From: Planctomycetales bacterium
Lineage (GTDB): Bacteria > Planctomycetota > Planctomycetia > Pirellulales > Pirellulaceae
NCBI GenBank assembly: GCA_020426595.1
Contig: JAGQPS010000002.1
Location: 1-61,302 of the forward strand
DNA length: 61,302 bases
Direction of reading: 5' to 3'
Shown: in pieces, positions 31,944 to 41,365 of the stretch
Position numbering within the stretch: position 1 is the stretch's first letter
Layout of the letters: each line of letters opens with the position of its first letter
The notes under the pieces: model-generated
What the model was told of the DNA's origin: nothing
What the model saw: only the letters and a program-made list of their open reading frames with translations
The model's database searches: none
Position numbers and translations under genes: made by a program

Positions 31944-32382
31944 TTCGTGACGTTTGGGTTTCGTCGGCAACGATCAAGTCATGCAACGAACGACTCGTGG
32001 CACGAACCTCGAATGACCTCAGTTCGTCTTGTGACTCGCTTCCTTGCCGGCGGGTAAGCAAAATATCTCGTCGGCGGGTGGATGTCCGATTTCCCGCGAC
32101 TCGATGCTTGGCTGAAGCCGCCCAACCAGTCGGTCTCATAACATAGTCGAGTCTCGGAAAAGAGCCAAACCAAAACGCCTCACGGCACTTTTAGCCGTCG
32201 TCGGTCTAGGCCTGTTTCCTGGTCTCGTCCCGAGCAGGGAATGAGGCTTTGTGCTCCCCGCCCCTTCGCCAGGCTCTGGGAGCGGCAGCGAAAGTCGAAG
32301 ATCCTCTTCCCGTACGGAACGGTTAGACACTTGGTTTTCGGTTCGGTTCGCCTCGAAAGTAGAACTTCAAGGAAAAATCTCG

Positions 32383-32907
32383 ATGGTTCGATTCCGTTGC
32401 CCTCATTGCCGAGCCTCGATGGAACACCTGGGTGAGAAGGCAGGCGAAATGGGTGTCTGCGAGAAGTGTGCGGGCTTGTTTGTTAGACCGTCCGACCCGA
32501 TGCCCGGAATGGTCGCTCTCCCCTGGGACGTGGCGCCCGCGGACGTGGAGCCTCCCACGGAAACAGCGACAAAAGCCAAGGAATCGGCTCGTGAATCGGA
32601 ATCTGGCTCTCCACGCCGCACTCATGGTTCGGTAGGAAAAGGGAGGCGGTTGGACCGCTTTGACACCCGAGAACTGCTCACGCCGCTCAACGAACTCGGT
32701 TTGCATGGGATCCTGGTCGCCTGGTCACCCAAGCAACCTGGGAATCTGAAGGTGGGAACCACATCGGGCTGCCCCAAGGACGAGGCGGACCGGAAGATCC
32801 TCGACCTGGCCCTCGCCTGGATTAAAGCGAGGTCCCCCCAGCTTTACGCCAAACTGCTGGTCGAATTGGCTCGGCTCGATCCCGCTCAGCGGGTTGACGA
32901 TGAATAA
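32383..32907 (+). CDS. Hypothetical protein with an N-terminal zinc ribbon
   Basis: The ATG at 32383 is preceded by aaggaaaaa. The N-terminus is MVRFRCPHCRASMEHLGEKAGEMGVCEKCAG (CxxC...CxxC). Confidence 0.5.
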   Translation: MVRFRCPHCRASMEHLGEKAGEMGVCEKCAGLFVRPSDPMPGMVALPWDVAPADVEPPTETATKAKESARESESGSPRRTHGSVGKGRRLDRFDTRELLTPLNELGLHGILVAWSPKQPGNLKVGTTSGCPKDEADRKILDLALAWIKARSPQLYAKLLVELARLDPAQRVDDE

Positions 32908-33120
32908 CAAACGCACCTTCAAACGACTTCGACATCACCGGGTGATTCGCGGGCGTTTCATGACGCTCGACCTCCGCGAATCGCAAAGTTCTTGACGAGC
33001 CGGGGGCTCGTCTGGCACCTTACTACTAAGTCGTGGGGGCGACTTGCAATCAGTCGACGACCATTGCCAACGGCAAGGGACATCGACTCGGTCGCTTATT
33101 TGACACAGGAGCCCGACAGG

Positions 33121-34953
33121 ATGCTTGCGCAGGATTGCAGGAGAACGATGCGGTGGATGATGGCGACTCTCGTCGTCGCGTTCGCGTTCCATCCGCCGAC
33201 TCTGACGGCCCAAGACCGATTTGACGCGACTCGATTTGATCGGCTCGTGCAAACAGGTGAGTTCGTACCCGCGCAGCGGATGGCGGCGAGCCTCGAAGAT
33301 GCGACTCTTCGCGATGCGTCGCTCGCGCGGCTCGCGGCGGCTCAGCGCGACGCGGGTCTCTTCCGTCAAGCTGATCGCACGGTCGCGTCCGTTCGCTCGG
33401 GCGAAGCGTTCCGACAGTTCCTGGCTCAGGAACTACCCGGCGGCCCAGGCCTAGGCGGCAGCGGTGGTTTCCTCGGCGCGGGAACTCCGGGAGGTCGCGG
33501 CATGGGCCCTGGCATGGGCGCGGGCCGAATGGGACGAGGCGGTGCCATCCAAGCCGACTTCGATCCACTGATCGAGCTAATCCAAGCCACGGTCTCACCC
33601 GAATCTTGGGAGGAGCTCGGTGGTCCTGGTCGGATGCAGGAATTCGTCTCGGGCGTGCACATCGATCCCGCTGGCCGACTGGACCGAGTCCTGGCCGATG
33701 AGACGTCGGGGTCGTTGGCCCGCATGCGTGAGTCGGCCCGCTCGGGCCGAGCCGCAGGGCCGGTGGCTCGCGAATCGATGTTGCGCATGGTGAGCCTGAC
33801 GCGGCTCGAGCGAGCGGTGCAAGCGCGACTGGCGATGGGCCTCGCTCCGACCGAGGAGATGAAACACCTGGCCGGCATTCGTCGCATCGAAGCGGTTTTC
33901 GTGTATCCCGACACCGGTGATCTGGTGATCGCCGGTCCCGCGGGCGACTGGGAGCTCGATGCCTCGGCGCGAGCCATTCATGTCGAGACCGGGGCTCCGG
34001 TCTTGCTGCTCGATGATCTGGTCGACTGCTTGCGAGCGATGCGCGAAGGGGACGGCTTGATCAGCTGCTCGATCGATCCCCGACCCGAGAACCTTCAAGC
34101 AACTCAAGATTACTTGGCCAACCACCCTGGATCGGATCGACGTTGGCAAGAGGGGCTCCGAACCGCCCTGGGCTCGCAGGTCATCACGACTTCCGGCGTC
34201 CAGCCCGACTCGCACGCCGCTTTCGCCATCGTGGCCGCCGACTACCACATGAAGCTCGTCGGCATGGGCATCGAACCGGGCGTGGCGGGTGTCGAGGATG
34301 TGCTGACGTTGATGGCCAGTGAAGAGGGGCGACCGCGAGACACGTCGCTGATTCGCTGGTGGTTCGCGCTCAATTACGACCATGTCACCACGACTCCCGA
34401 TCGCGACGCGTTTCACCTTGAAGGATCGGTGGCCCGAGTCCTAACCGAGACCGAACACTTGTCGGAAACCGGCGAGCGCGTGGGGACCGGTCGAGCCGAG
34501 GGGCCCAACGCCGAGTTCGCTCATTCCTTCACCAACCACTTCGATCAGCTTTGCCAAAAGTACCCGGTCTATGGCGAGCTGCGGAATGTGTTTGAAGTGG
34601 CGATGGTCGCCGGGCTGATCGATCGCTTCGACCTCGATTCCCAAGTCGGTTGGGATCGTGGCTGTTTTCGACGTGAGGGAAGCGGCAACGCGATCTATCA
34701 AGTCGAATCGTTCGGAGTGCCGCGTGAAGTCGAGACGGTGATGAACGTTAAGCAGTTCACGCGACGAGCCGGCGGACGAACGACCCGCGAGATGTTGCTC
34801 GGAGTGAGCGGCGGCGTTCGTGCCGATGTGCGCGAACAAGTGTCGAACGTTGAGCTGGTCACCGACGATTACGACGTGCTCGATGCCCGCCGTGTTCAGG
34901 CCGAACCCGCCGATTGGGATTCGAGCCAGTGGTGGTGGGATGCCAACCGGTAG
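33121..34953 (+). CDS. Hypothetical secreted protein (possibly DUF1598-like, unverified)
   Basis: Signal-like N-terminus (MRWMMATLVVAFAFHPPTLTAQD), a Gly-rich linker and a ~450-aa conserved-looking body. It is followed by a clean intrinsic terminator. Confidence 0.65.
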   Translation: MLAQDCRRTMRWMMATLVVAFAFHPPTLTAQDRFDATRFDRLVQTGEFVPAQRMAASLEDATLRDASLARLAAAQRDAGLFRQADRTVASVRSGEAFRQFLAQELPGGPGLGGSGGFLGAGTPGGRGMGPGMGAGRMGRGGAIQADFDPLIELIQATVSPESWEELGGPGRMQEFVSGVHIDPAGRLDRVLADETSGSLARMRESARSGRAAGPVARESMLRMVSLTRLERAVQARLAMGLAPTEEMKHLAGIRRIEAVFVYPDTGDLVIAGPAGDWELDASARAIHVETGAPVLLLDDLVDCLRAMREGDGLISCSIDPRPENLQATQDYLANHPGSDRRWQEGLRTALGSQVITTSGVQPDSHAAFAIVAADYHMKLVGMGIEPGVAGVEDVLTLMASEEGRPRDTSLIRWWFALNYDHVTTTPDRDAFHLEGSVARVLTETEHLSETGERVGTGRAEGPNAEFAHSFTNHFDQLCQKYPVYGELRNVFEVAMVAGLIDRFDLDSQVGWDRGCFRREGSGNAIYQVESFGVPREVETVMNVKQFTRRAGGRTTREMLLGVSGGVRADVREQVSNVELVTDDYDVLDARRVQAEPADWDSSQWWWDANR

Positions 34954-34994
34954 TCCCGGCATCCAGTAAACGCCTGATCGGGATCGCAAGAAAG

Positions 34995-35026
34995 GGCTGC
35001 TCACATTCGTGTGAGCAGCCTTTTTT
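34995..35026 (+). terminator. Rho-independent terminator
   Basis: ggctgctcaca-ttcg-tgtgagcagcc forms an 11-bp stem with a TTCG loop, followed directly by tttttt. It lies 42 nt after the stop at 34953. Confidence 0.8.
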
Positions 35027-35303
35027 CGTATCGCGAGACGATGCCACCTCTTGGTCCAAGCGTTGGTACTGAAATGGCGAGCTGCGCGGTTACGGTGACT
35101 TTGTCGCTGCCAACGGGCATTGCGTCGCTGCGGACAGGGCAAGGAGTGCGCGTGGCGGGTCGCGTGCTGGTACGGGACATGGGATTCGACCGATAACCGT
35201 TCCACGGCGGATTCGTTGGGCTTTGGATGAGCGAGGCCTTGGTCCCTCGTTATTTCGCCATGCTTCCTGTTAGGTGATTCGAGCAGGGGATCGGAGCCGT
35301 TTC

Positions 35304-36491
35304 ATGTGGTGCCGCCACTGTCAGCAAGATGTCGCCGGAACTCGCCAACCTCAATCGGCTAGTTTCGCCTGTGCTCGCTGTGGTCATGCGTTCGCGCGGC
35401 ATGGCTCAACGGAGGTTGGTTCCCAGGCGATTGCCGCCCCGGCGGTTCCTTCGCCCGGCCAATACAGCGAGTTCGCCACGTTCTGCGACAGTGAAACGGG
35501 GTGGTCCACCTCCCCGCCGCAAGCGAAGCCTCCCAAGACCGTGCCGAACGTCCCTGTCTCGACCGCGACTGGCTCTTCGATTTCGAGCCGTTCGTCCGCG
35601 GGCGGCGAGCAACGCAACTCGGAACAGCTTCGAGTCACTCTCGACGTGATCGATGGCGCGCTCCAGCAGATCGCCAACCCGCGACTGGCCCCTTCGGCGG
35701 CAAGTGATGTTCCAGCGAGACCTGAATCGCTACGTGAAATCACGCGTGCCGAATTGCCGCCGAGTACGCCAACGCGGGAAGTGCCGCCCACGGAACGTTC
35801 GCGTCGAACGATCGATGCCCTGGATCGCGAAATTCGCGCGGTCGAGGAAGTGTTGCGCGGATGGCAGCCACGTCGCACGACTCGGGAGGACCTCCCAAGT
35901 CAACAATTGGTCCGACACTTTGGCTCGACCGATTCCTCCGCGTCATCTAGCGAAAGTCCGAGCGGCCCTACATCGTTCGATCGATCGATCCCGGAGGCGC
36001 CCGGTCGAGGCGACATTCGCGGCGTTAAGTCACGGCGCATCGGGTTTCGTTCGGAAGTCGTGGCGGTGCTCAACGAACTGCGTCTGCACGAGCGACAACT
36101 CGGCATGGCCTTGTTCGCCAACTTAATGTTGCTCTGTGTCGTCGGCTCGGTCTACGCCTGGGATGTCATGTCGGGCGTCGCGTTTCCGACGAGCAAGATT
36201 CTTGTGTTGATGCTCACCGGACTCATGCTCAACCTCTTGGGGCTCGGATGGTTTGTCGGTCAAGCCCGCGCGTACGCCGACAATCTGGAGTCGGCCGAGC
36301 AAGAGAACGAACCGGCGCGTGCTGGGACGGAACATGCCGGATCACCGCGAGCTCGGTCCGGCTCGAACTCGGCCGCCCGGCATCAGCCTCGATACGTTGA
36401 AGCCTCTGATGAGTCCCCTGCGACCAGGACGACATTGAGTCCGAGGTTTTCCAACATCGAGATTACCAGCCAAAGCCATGATGTCACTTGA
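35304..36491 (+). CDS. Hypothetical zinc-ribbon protein with a disordered middle and C-terminal TM helices
   Basis: MWCRHCQQDV...FACARCGHAF is a CxxC...CxxC motif. It is followed by a long Ser/Pro/Arg-rich region and then hydrophobic helices (LGMALFANLMLLCVVGSVYAW and ILVLMLTGLMLNLLGLGWFV). Confidence 0.5.
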   Translation: MWCRHCQQDVAGTRQPQSASFACARCGHAFARHGSTEVGSQAIAAPAVPSPGQYSEFATFCDSETGWSTSPPQAKPPKTVPNVPVSTATGSSISSRSSAGGEQRNSEQLRVTLDVIDGALQQIANPRLAPSAASDVPARPESLREITRAELPPSTPTREVPPTERSRRTIDALDREIRAVEEVLRGWQPRRTTREDLPSQQLVRHFGSTDSSASSSESPSGPTSFDRSIPEAPGRGDIRGVKSRRIGFRSEVVAVLNELRLHERQLGMALFANLMLLCVVGSVYAWDVMSGVAFPTSKILVLMLTGLMLNLLGLGWFVGQARAYADNLESAEQENEPARAGTEHAGSPRARSGSNSAARHQPRYVEASDESPATRTTLSPRFSNIEITSQSHDVT

Positions 36492-36624
36492 GGCACGAGC
36501 GAACAGCGACGATCGGATCACGATACCGGTTGCCAGCAATGCCTCGTCGTTCGGATTCAAGGAACGTCGACAACCGTGGTGGCGGCATGCCATGACATCG
36601 TGCGTCGGATCCGTTAGTGCGAAG

Positions 36625-38850
36625 CTACAAACTGAGATCGAACGTCTCTTCAATCGTTCTCAACGCTCTCGTTGCCAATGAAACTGGCTCGGAAAGAAAC
36701 CTTGCTTCGCCTTGTGCGCCCACGTGCAAGTGATGCACCTGTTCGGGAACCGATACGACGACTTGGTAAATCACGGACGCGGTTTCTTCCGTTCCATCGT
36801 GAAGCGTCGTCGTGGGCAATGTCCCCTGATACTTGGTCGAGAGTGAGTTAGGCACTTGTGTCGTGTAGTGACGTGAAATGGAGAGGATTTCTCCGACATG
36901 GACAGCGTCCGGCAGGTGCCTAAATTTCATTCGTAGAGTTTCTCCTTCGGCCAACTGATCGCGATGTCGTTGGTCGACGTAGATCACCGCGACGAACTCG
37001 GACCGATTCGGGGCCACACTTCCCAGTTCCGTCCCTCGCTGAAGAAACGCTCCGATGTTTCCTCGCTCAAGCGGCTGTCCGATCCATTGCGAGAGAGTCT
37101 TGTGTTGAGCGTCCCTCGGTCGTTCGTCGCGCACGGTAGGGGGCGCGATGAAGTGACCGTCACTCGGAGACTTGACGACGAGTTCATCCAACCTCCGTCG
37201 CATATCATCTCGTTGAGCCCGCAAACTGGCAGCGCGCCCTTCCGCTAGTTCGGCTCCGACTCCATCCAAATCCCTTCGTTTCTGTGCTGCCTCCGACTCC
37301 GCCACGGAAAGTCGGCCTTCCAGTTCGGCGAGTTGCAGTTCCAAGGCCGGATCGACGAGTCGAGCAATGACTTGCCCCGCATCGACTGGCCCGCCATCAA
37401 CAACGCCAACGAACTCCAACCGTCCCGCCGTGGGCAACATCAAACGCTGGGATCCCTTCGATTCAATGACGAATGGTGAAGTCGAGAACCACGGGAACGG
37501 CACGGCGAAGACAAGCACGAAGGTTACGGCCAAAACACTCAGAGTGACACCAACCTTTTTCATGTCGAGCCTCTCATTTCGTTCGATCCAGAGGGTTTTG
37601 TATCCCTGCCAGAGAGCGCCACCAACCATTTTGCCAATCGAGACAACGCCGACAATCAGCCCTAGGTTCTGCAAGCCGTAGGGCTGTAGCCAACGAAACA
37701 GGAAGACGGTGATCCCCACGATCAAAACCAACTGATACACCATCGATCCAAGGGAATAGACGATGAACCAGGTTCGCCGTCCGCGCGGCATGAAGGGGTC
37801 CTCCTTCGGCTCGATACCGAAGCAGTGCCAGTAAATCGCCGACTGAAGGAACTTCGTGGCCTTGGTCCGCAGGTTGGGAATCTCGAGGAAGTCCGCCAAT
37901 GCGTAGTATCCGTCGAACTTCATGAGCGGATTGGCGTTGACCAAGACGGTGCTCATCGAAGTGACAAAGATCACGTTGAGGGCCAAGTGGTTTAACACGC
38001 CCGGCGTCGTCCTCCACCAAATAAAAATCGCGATCGCGGAAAGCAGCAATTCCACGACGACACCCGCGAAGGCGACCGCAATCCGCTTCCACTTGTTTTC
38101 AAACATCCATGAATCGGAAACATCGCAGTACAGGGTTGGCGAGAAAACGAGCACCATGATCCCCATGTCATGGCACTCGCCGCCGTAGTATTTGCAGGCG
38201 AGTCCATGGCCGAATTCGTGAAGGACCTTGATGAGTGCCAGGAGACACCACAGATAGAGAACATTCGGCCCCGAGAAGAACTGTTGAAACGTGGGCAGCC
38301 GAGATTGGAATAGATCAAAATTCGCGGCGACGCTTAGCCAAGCCACGGCAACGAGAAATGCGAAAAAGCACAATACGACCGGCTTAAAGATCCATCCGAT
38401 CCAGGGCACCATCCGATCGAGCATTCGATCGGGATCCCATCCGGGAAGTCGGATCGAAAGAAAGTTGGCCACGGTTTGCCGTGCCTGTCGCCACCACTCC
38501 TTGCGAGATTTGATAACGAGTGCCACTCCGCGTCCCGATCGATCGGTGATCAGCAGATTCTTGGCATGTAAGTCGCCAACCAACGTCTGGATGTCCTTGA
38601 TAGCTACCCATGTCCATGGGTACTTCGCGACCATGGCATCCCGCAGCACGGAGAGACTGTGGGTCCCATCAAGCTGCTGAAGCAAGTAGTACTGCTCATC
38701 CTCCAGACGATAGTACTTCAGCGCTATGGGGTCCTTGCAAACCCAATAGCCCTTTCCCTCGAACCCAATCCGACGAAAGACCAAATCTTGTCGCGGACGA
38801 AAAGGAACAGGACGCTGGCTCGCGGATTGAAAAGCCGCCTCTTGGCTCAT
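36625..38850 (-). CDS. Tri-domain protein: PqqD-like (RRE-like) N-terminus, M50/site-2-protease-like membrane metalloprotease and C-terminal HlyD-type adaptor
   Basis: A strong SD site (aaggagag) precedes the ATG. The N-terminus YYRLEDEQYYLLQQLDGTHSLSVLRDAMVAKYPW...LVGDLHAKNLLI follows the PqqD pattern. The polytopic region has HEFGH and a downstream NANPLMKFDGYY (NxxPxxxxDG). After a last TM helix comes a HlyD-like hairpin and coiled coil (GQVIARLVDPALELQLAELEGRL...VVKSPSDGHFI). Confidence 0.85.
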   Translation of the reverse strand: MSQEAAFQSASQRPVPFRPRQDLVFRRIGFEGKGYWVCKDPIALKYYRLEDEQYYLLQQLDGTHSLSVLRDAMVAKYPWTWVAIKDIQTLVGDLHAKNLLITDRSGRGVALVIKSRKEWWRQARQTVANFLSIRLPGWDPDRMLDRMVPWIGWIFKPVVLCFFAFLVAVAWLSVAANFDLFQSRLPTFQQFFSGPNVLYLWCLLALIKVLHEFGHGLACKYYGGECHDMGIMVLVFSPTLYCDVSDSWMFENKWKRIAVAFAGVVVELLLSAIAIFIWWRTTPGVLNHLALNVIFVTSMSTVLVNANPLMKFDGYYALADFLEIPNLRTKATKFLQSAIYWHCFGIEPKEDPFMPRGRRTWFIVYSLGSMVYQLVLIVGITVFLFRWLQPYGLQNLGLIVGVVSIGKMVGGALWQGYKTLWIERNERLDMKKVGVTLSVLAVTFVLVFAVPFPWFSTSPFVIESKGSQRLMLPTAGRLEFVGVVDGGPVDAGQVIARLVDPALELQLAELEGRLSVAESEAAQKRRDLDGVGAELAEGRAASLRAQRDDMRRRLDELVVKSPSDGHFIAPPTVRDERPRDAQHKTLSQWIGQPLERGNIGAFLQRGTELGSVAPNRSEFVAVIYVDQRHRDQLAEGETLRMKFRHLPDAVHVGEILSISRHYTTQVPNSLSTKYQGTLPTTTLHDGTEETASVIYQVVVSVPEQVHHLHVGAQGEARFLSEPVSLATRALRTIEETFDLSL

Positions 38851-39104
38851 CCGGCCTCTCCTTGTCGGACACTAGTGGATCGCGTCTCGTTCGGCCATCT
38901 CGGCATCGAGGTACAATGTGCGAGGCAAGCCGTTTCCGCAAGAGTTGTTCGGCCAAAACACCCGCGCGGGGCGTTTCGTGCGTTCCCGGTCTAACTTGTC
39001 CGATTTGCCGCCCAAGCCCTTGACGAATGCTTCTCCGCTTATTGAGATTGTCGCGTTCGCTCCCATCGACTGTTTAAGTTGGAGATTGGGCCATTGACGG
39101 GGAA

Positions 39105-41102
39105 GTGGAAAGCCGGCTTGATCGGCTAACATCACGTATCGACGACTTGCAGGGGCGCGCCGGGGATGTCCGGGTTTTCCTTGGCGCCTTTTTGCCGATA
39201 GTCGTCGAGGAGACCCGAGCCGACGCGGGCGTCGTTTGGCGTCCTGTGTCGGCGACACAGTGGGCGGCCGTCGTCGACGTGGGACTCGATCAAACCTTGT
39301 TGCCGGAGTCCGCCGAGGCGATTGAAGACAATAATCGACGGCTCGTGGCCTGCTTCGAGAGTGGCGAAGCTTCATTGGGCCTCGATGCCTCGGAAACGGA
39401 CTCGCCTCTCGGTCGCTATTGGGTTGTCGTTTGCCCGTTGTTTATCCAACGCCAACCGGCGGGCTGCCTGCAGCTTTTCTTTGATCGAACGGCCGACAAG
39501 GAACCGGAACTTGCCTTGGAACTCGCCGAGCATGCCGCGGGTTTGGCTAGTCTCGAACTGGAACGTTCAACGCGAGCTCCCGACTCTGGCGCCATTTCCA
39601 GCGCGACGCCAACACGCGAATCGATCGGCGAGCTGTCCCTGAAATTACATCGAAGCCTGAGCCTCGAATTGACTTGTGCCGTTGGAGCGAACGACGGTCG
39701 CCTGTTCCTCGACGCGGACCGTGTTTCGGTGTTTGTGTCTCGCGGCAAGTCGACTCGCGCGTTGGCCATAAGCGGTCAAGAAAAGGTGAATCAACATGCC
39801 GTGTTGGTCCGCAAGCTAACCGCTGTCGCGCGACTCGTGGCCGATCGAAAGTCACCGATGACGTATCTCGGGGCGAGTGAAGCGCTCGATGCGGAGGCTC
39901 AGGAAGTCGTCGCGGAATTGATCGACGAATCGGGCTTGAGGAATCTGGTCGCGATCCCGCTCCTCGCCGAGGATGAAGTGACGCTTGATGAATCGTCACT
40001 GCGTCGACGCCGCCGGTCTGGCTCGAGTCCGGCGTTGGTGGGTGTTCTGTTGGCGGAATGGTCGGGTGACGCGCGGCGTCCGACTCACCAATTGGCCAAC
40101 CTCGAGACCCTCGGCCAACATTTAGCTAGTTCGATCCACGGTTCACTGCATTTTCGCCGTGTACTTTTATTGGAGACTCGATATCGAATTGGTCTCGCCT
40201 GGGAGTGGTTCCATGGCCGACGCCTACAATTGGCCGCACTTATTCTGACAGCGGTCATCGGTGTTCTTTTGGCATTGGTCCTGGTTCCATGGACCTATCG
40301 TGTGAAGGCGGATGGTCGCGTGCTCCCAGCGACTCGCGCCAACGTATTCGCTCCCGCCGACGGCTACTTGAGATCCGCGAACCTGTCGGTTGCTTCCAAC
40401 CAGCGAGTTCACCAGGGCGATGTGTTGCTGCGTTTGGAGAGTGATTCCCTCGAGCAAGAACTTCATCGGGTCGACGGGGAACGGGCGGAATTGGAGAGTC
40501 GTGCCCTCGCATTACAAGCTCAGATCCACGCCACGGTTCTCGACCGGGAAGCCAATCAATTGCGACTCGATCTCGCGCAGACGCAGAGTCAATTGCAGTC
40601 CGTCGAAACGTCGCTCGGCTTATTGAGAAAACAGCTTGACGACTTGACGATCACCGCTCCGATCGATGGAGTCGTGATTACTTTTCAGGTCGAGAAGTGG
40701 TTGACCGATCGGCCTGTGAATCGAGGGGAATTGCTGCTGGAGATCATGGACGATTCAGGCCCTTGGCACTTGGAAGTGCGAGTTCCCGCGAAACGCATCG
40801 AGCATGTGGAAACGATGCGCGATCAGCTGGGAGAATCGTCGCCGCTGACGGCGGAGTTCTTTCTCGTGGCGGCCCCGGAGCAAGTTTTGGAGGGGCCGGT
40901 CTCGCGGATTTCTTCACGAGTTGAAAGCACGGGACAAGAAGGTCCAACTATCGAGATGATCGTGGAGCTCAACGGCATTGAATTCGCTCGACCCAAAATC
41001 GGAGCCGAGGCGCGGTGTCGTATTCCCTGCGGCAAGCAGCCGCTCGGGTACGTCCTCTTTGGAGACGTGGTCGACTATTTGCGAACTCGCCTCTGGTTCT
41101 AG
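39105..41102 (+). CDS. GAF-GAF-TM-HlyD-like protein
   Basis: GTG start, divergent from 36625..38850. It has two GAF-like modules, one TM helix (LAALILTAVIGVLLALVLVPW), a HlyD hairpin (APADGYLRSANLSVASNQRVHQGDVLLRLES), a coiled coil and a beta-barrel. It is collinear with 16358..18637. Confidence 0.8.
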   Translation: MESRLDRLTSRIDDLQGRAGDVRVFLGAFLPIVVEETRADAGVVWRPVSATQWAAVVDVGLDQTLLPESAEAIEDNNRRLVACFESGEASLGLDASETDSPLGRYWVVVCPLFIQRQPAGCLQLFFDRTADKEPELALELAEHAAGLASLELERSTRAPDSGAISSATPTRESIGELSLKLHRSLSLELTCAVGANDGRLFLDADRVSVFVSRGKSTRALAISGQEKVNQHAVLVRKLTAVARLVADRKSPMTYLGASEALDAEAQEVVAELIDESGLRNLVAIPLLAEDEVTLDESSLRRRRRSGSSPALVGVLLAEWSGDARRPTHQLANLETLGQHLASSIHGSLHFRRVLLLETRYRIGLAWEWFHGRRLQLAALILTAVIGVLLALVLVPWTYRVKADGRVLPATRANVFAPADGYLRSANLSVASNQRVHQGDVLLRLESDSLEQELHRVDGERAELESRALALQAQIHATVLDREANQLRLDLAQTQSQLQSVETSLGLLRKQLDDLTITAPIDGVVITFQVEKWLTDRPVNRGELLLEIMDDSGPWHLEVRVPAKRIEHVETMRDQLGESSPLTAEFFLVAAPEQVLEGPVSRISSRVESTGQEGPTIEMIVELNGIEFARPKIGAEARCRIPCGKQPLGYVLFGDVVDYLRTRLWF

Positions 41103-41365
41103 GGTTTCGCCTGGGCCAGCGAAGTTCCTCGGCCCTTTCTGGCGGCCTTGCTCGAGGAATGTCCGCCCCGAGCCCGTGGGCTGGTCGAGTCTTTTCTTGT
41201 GCTCGTTGTGTCCGCGTTCGCTTCGAGCTTCCGCTCCAAAGCAAAACGTCCTCGACCATTTCGTTGACGATTACCAAGGCGGCTCCTCTTGGGAACCCTA
41301 GTTCGCATGGTCACGCGGGAATCCCTTGAAGTGAGTGGGCGGATGCCGGCACAAGGAAATAAGGC

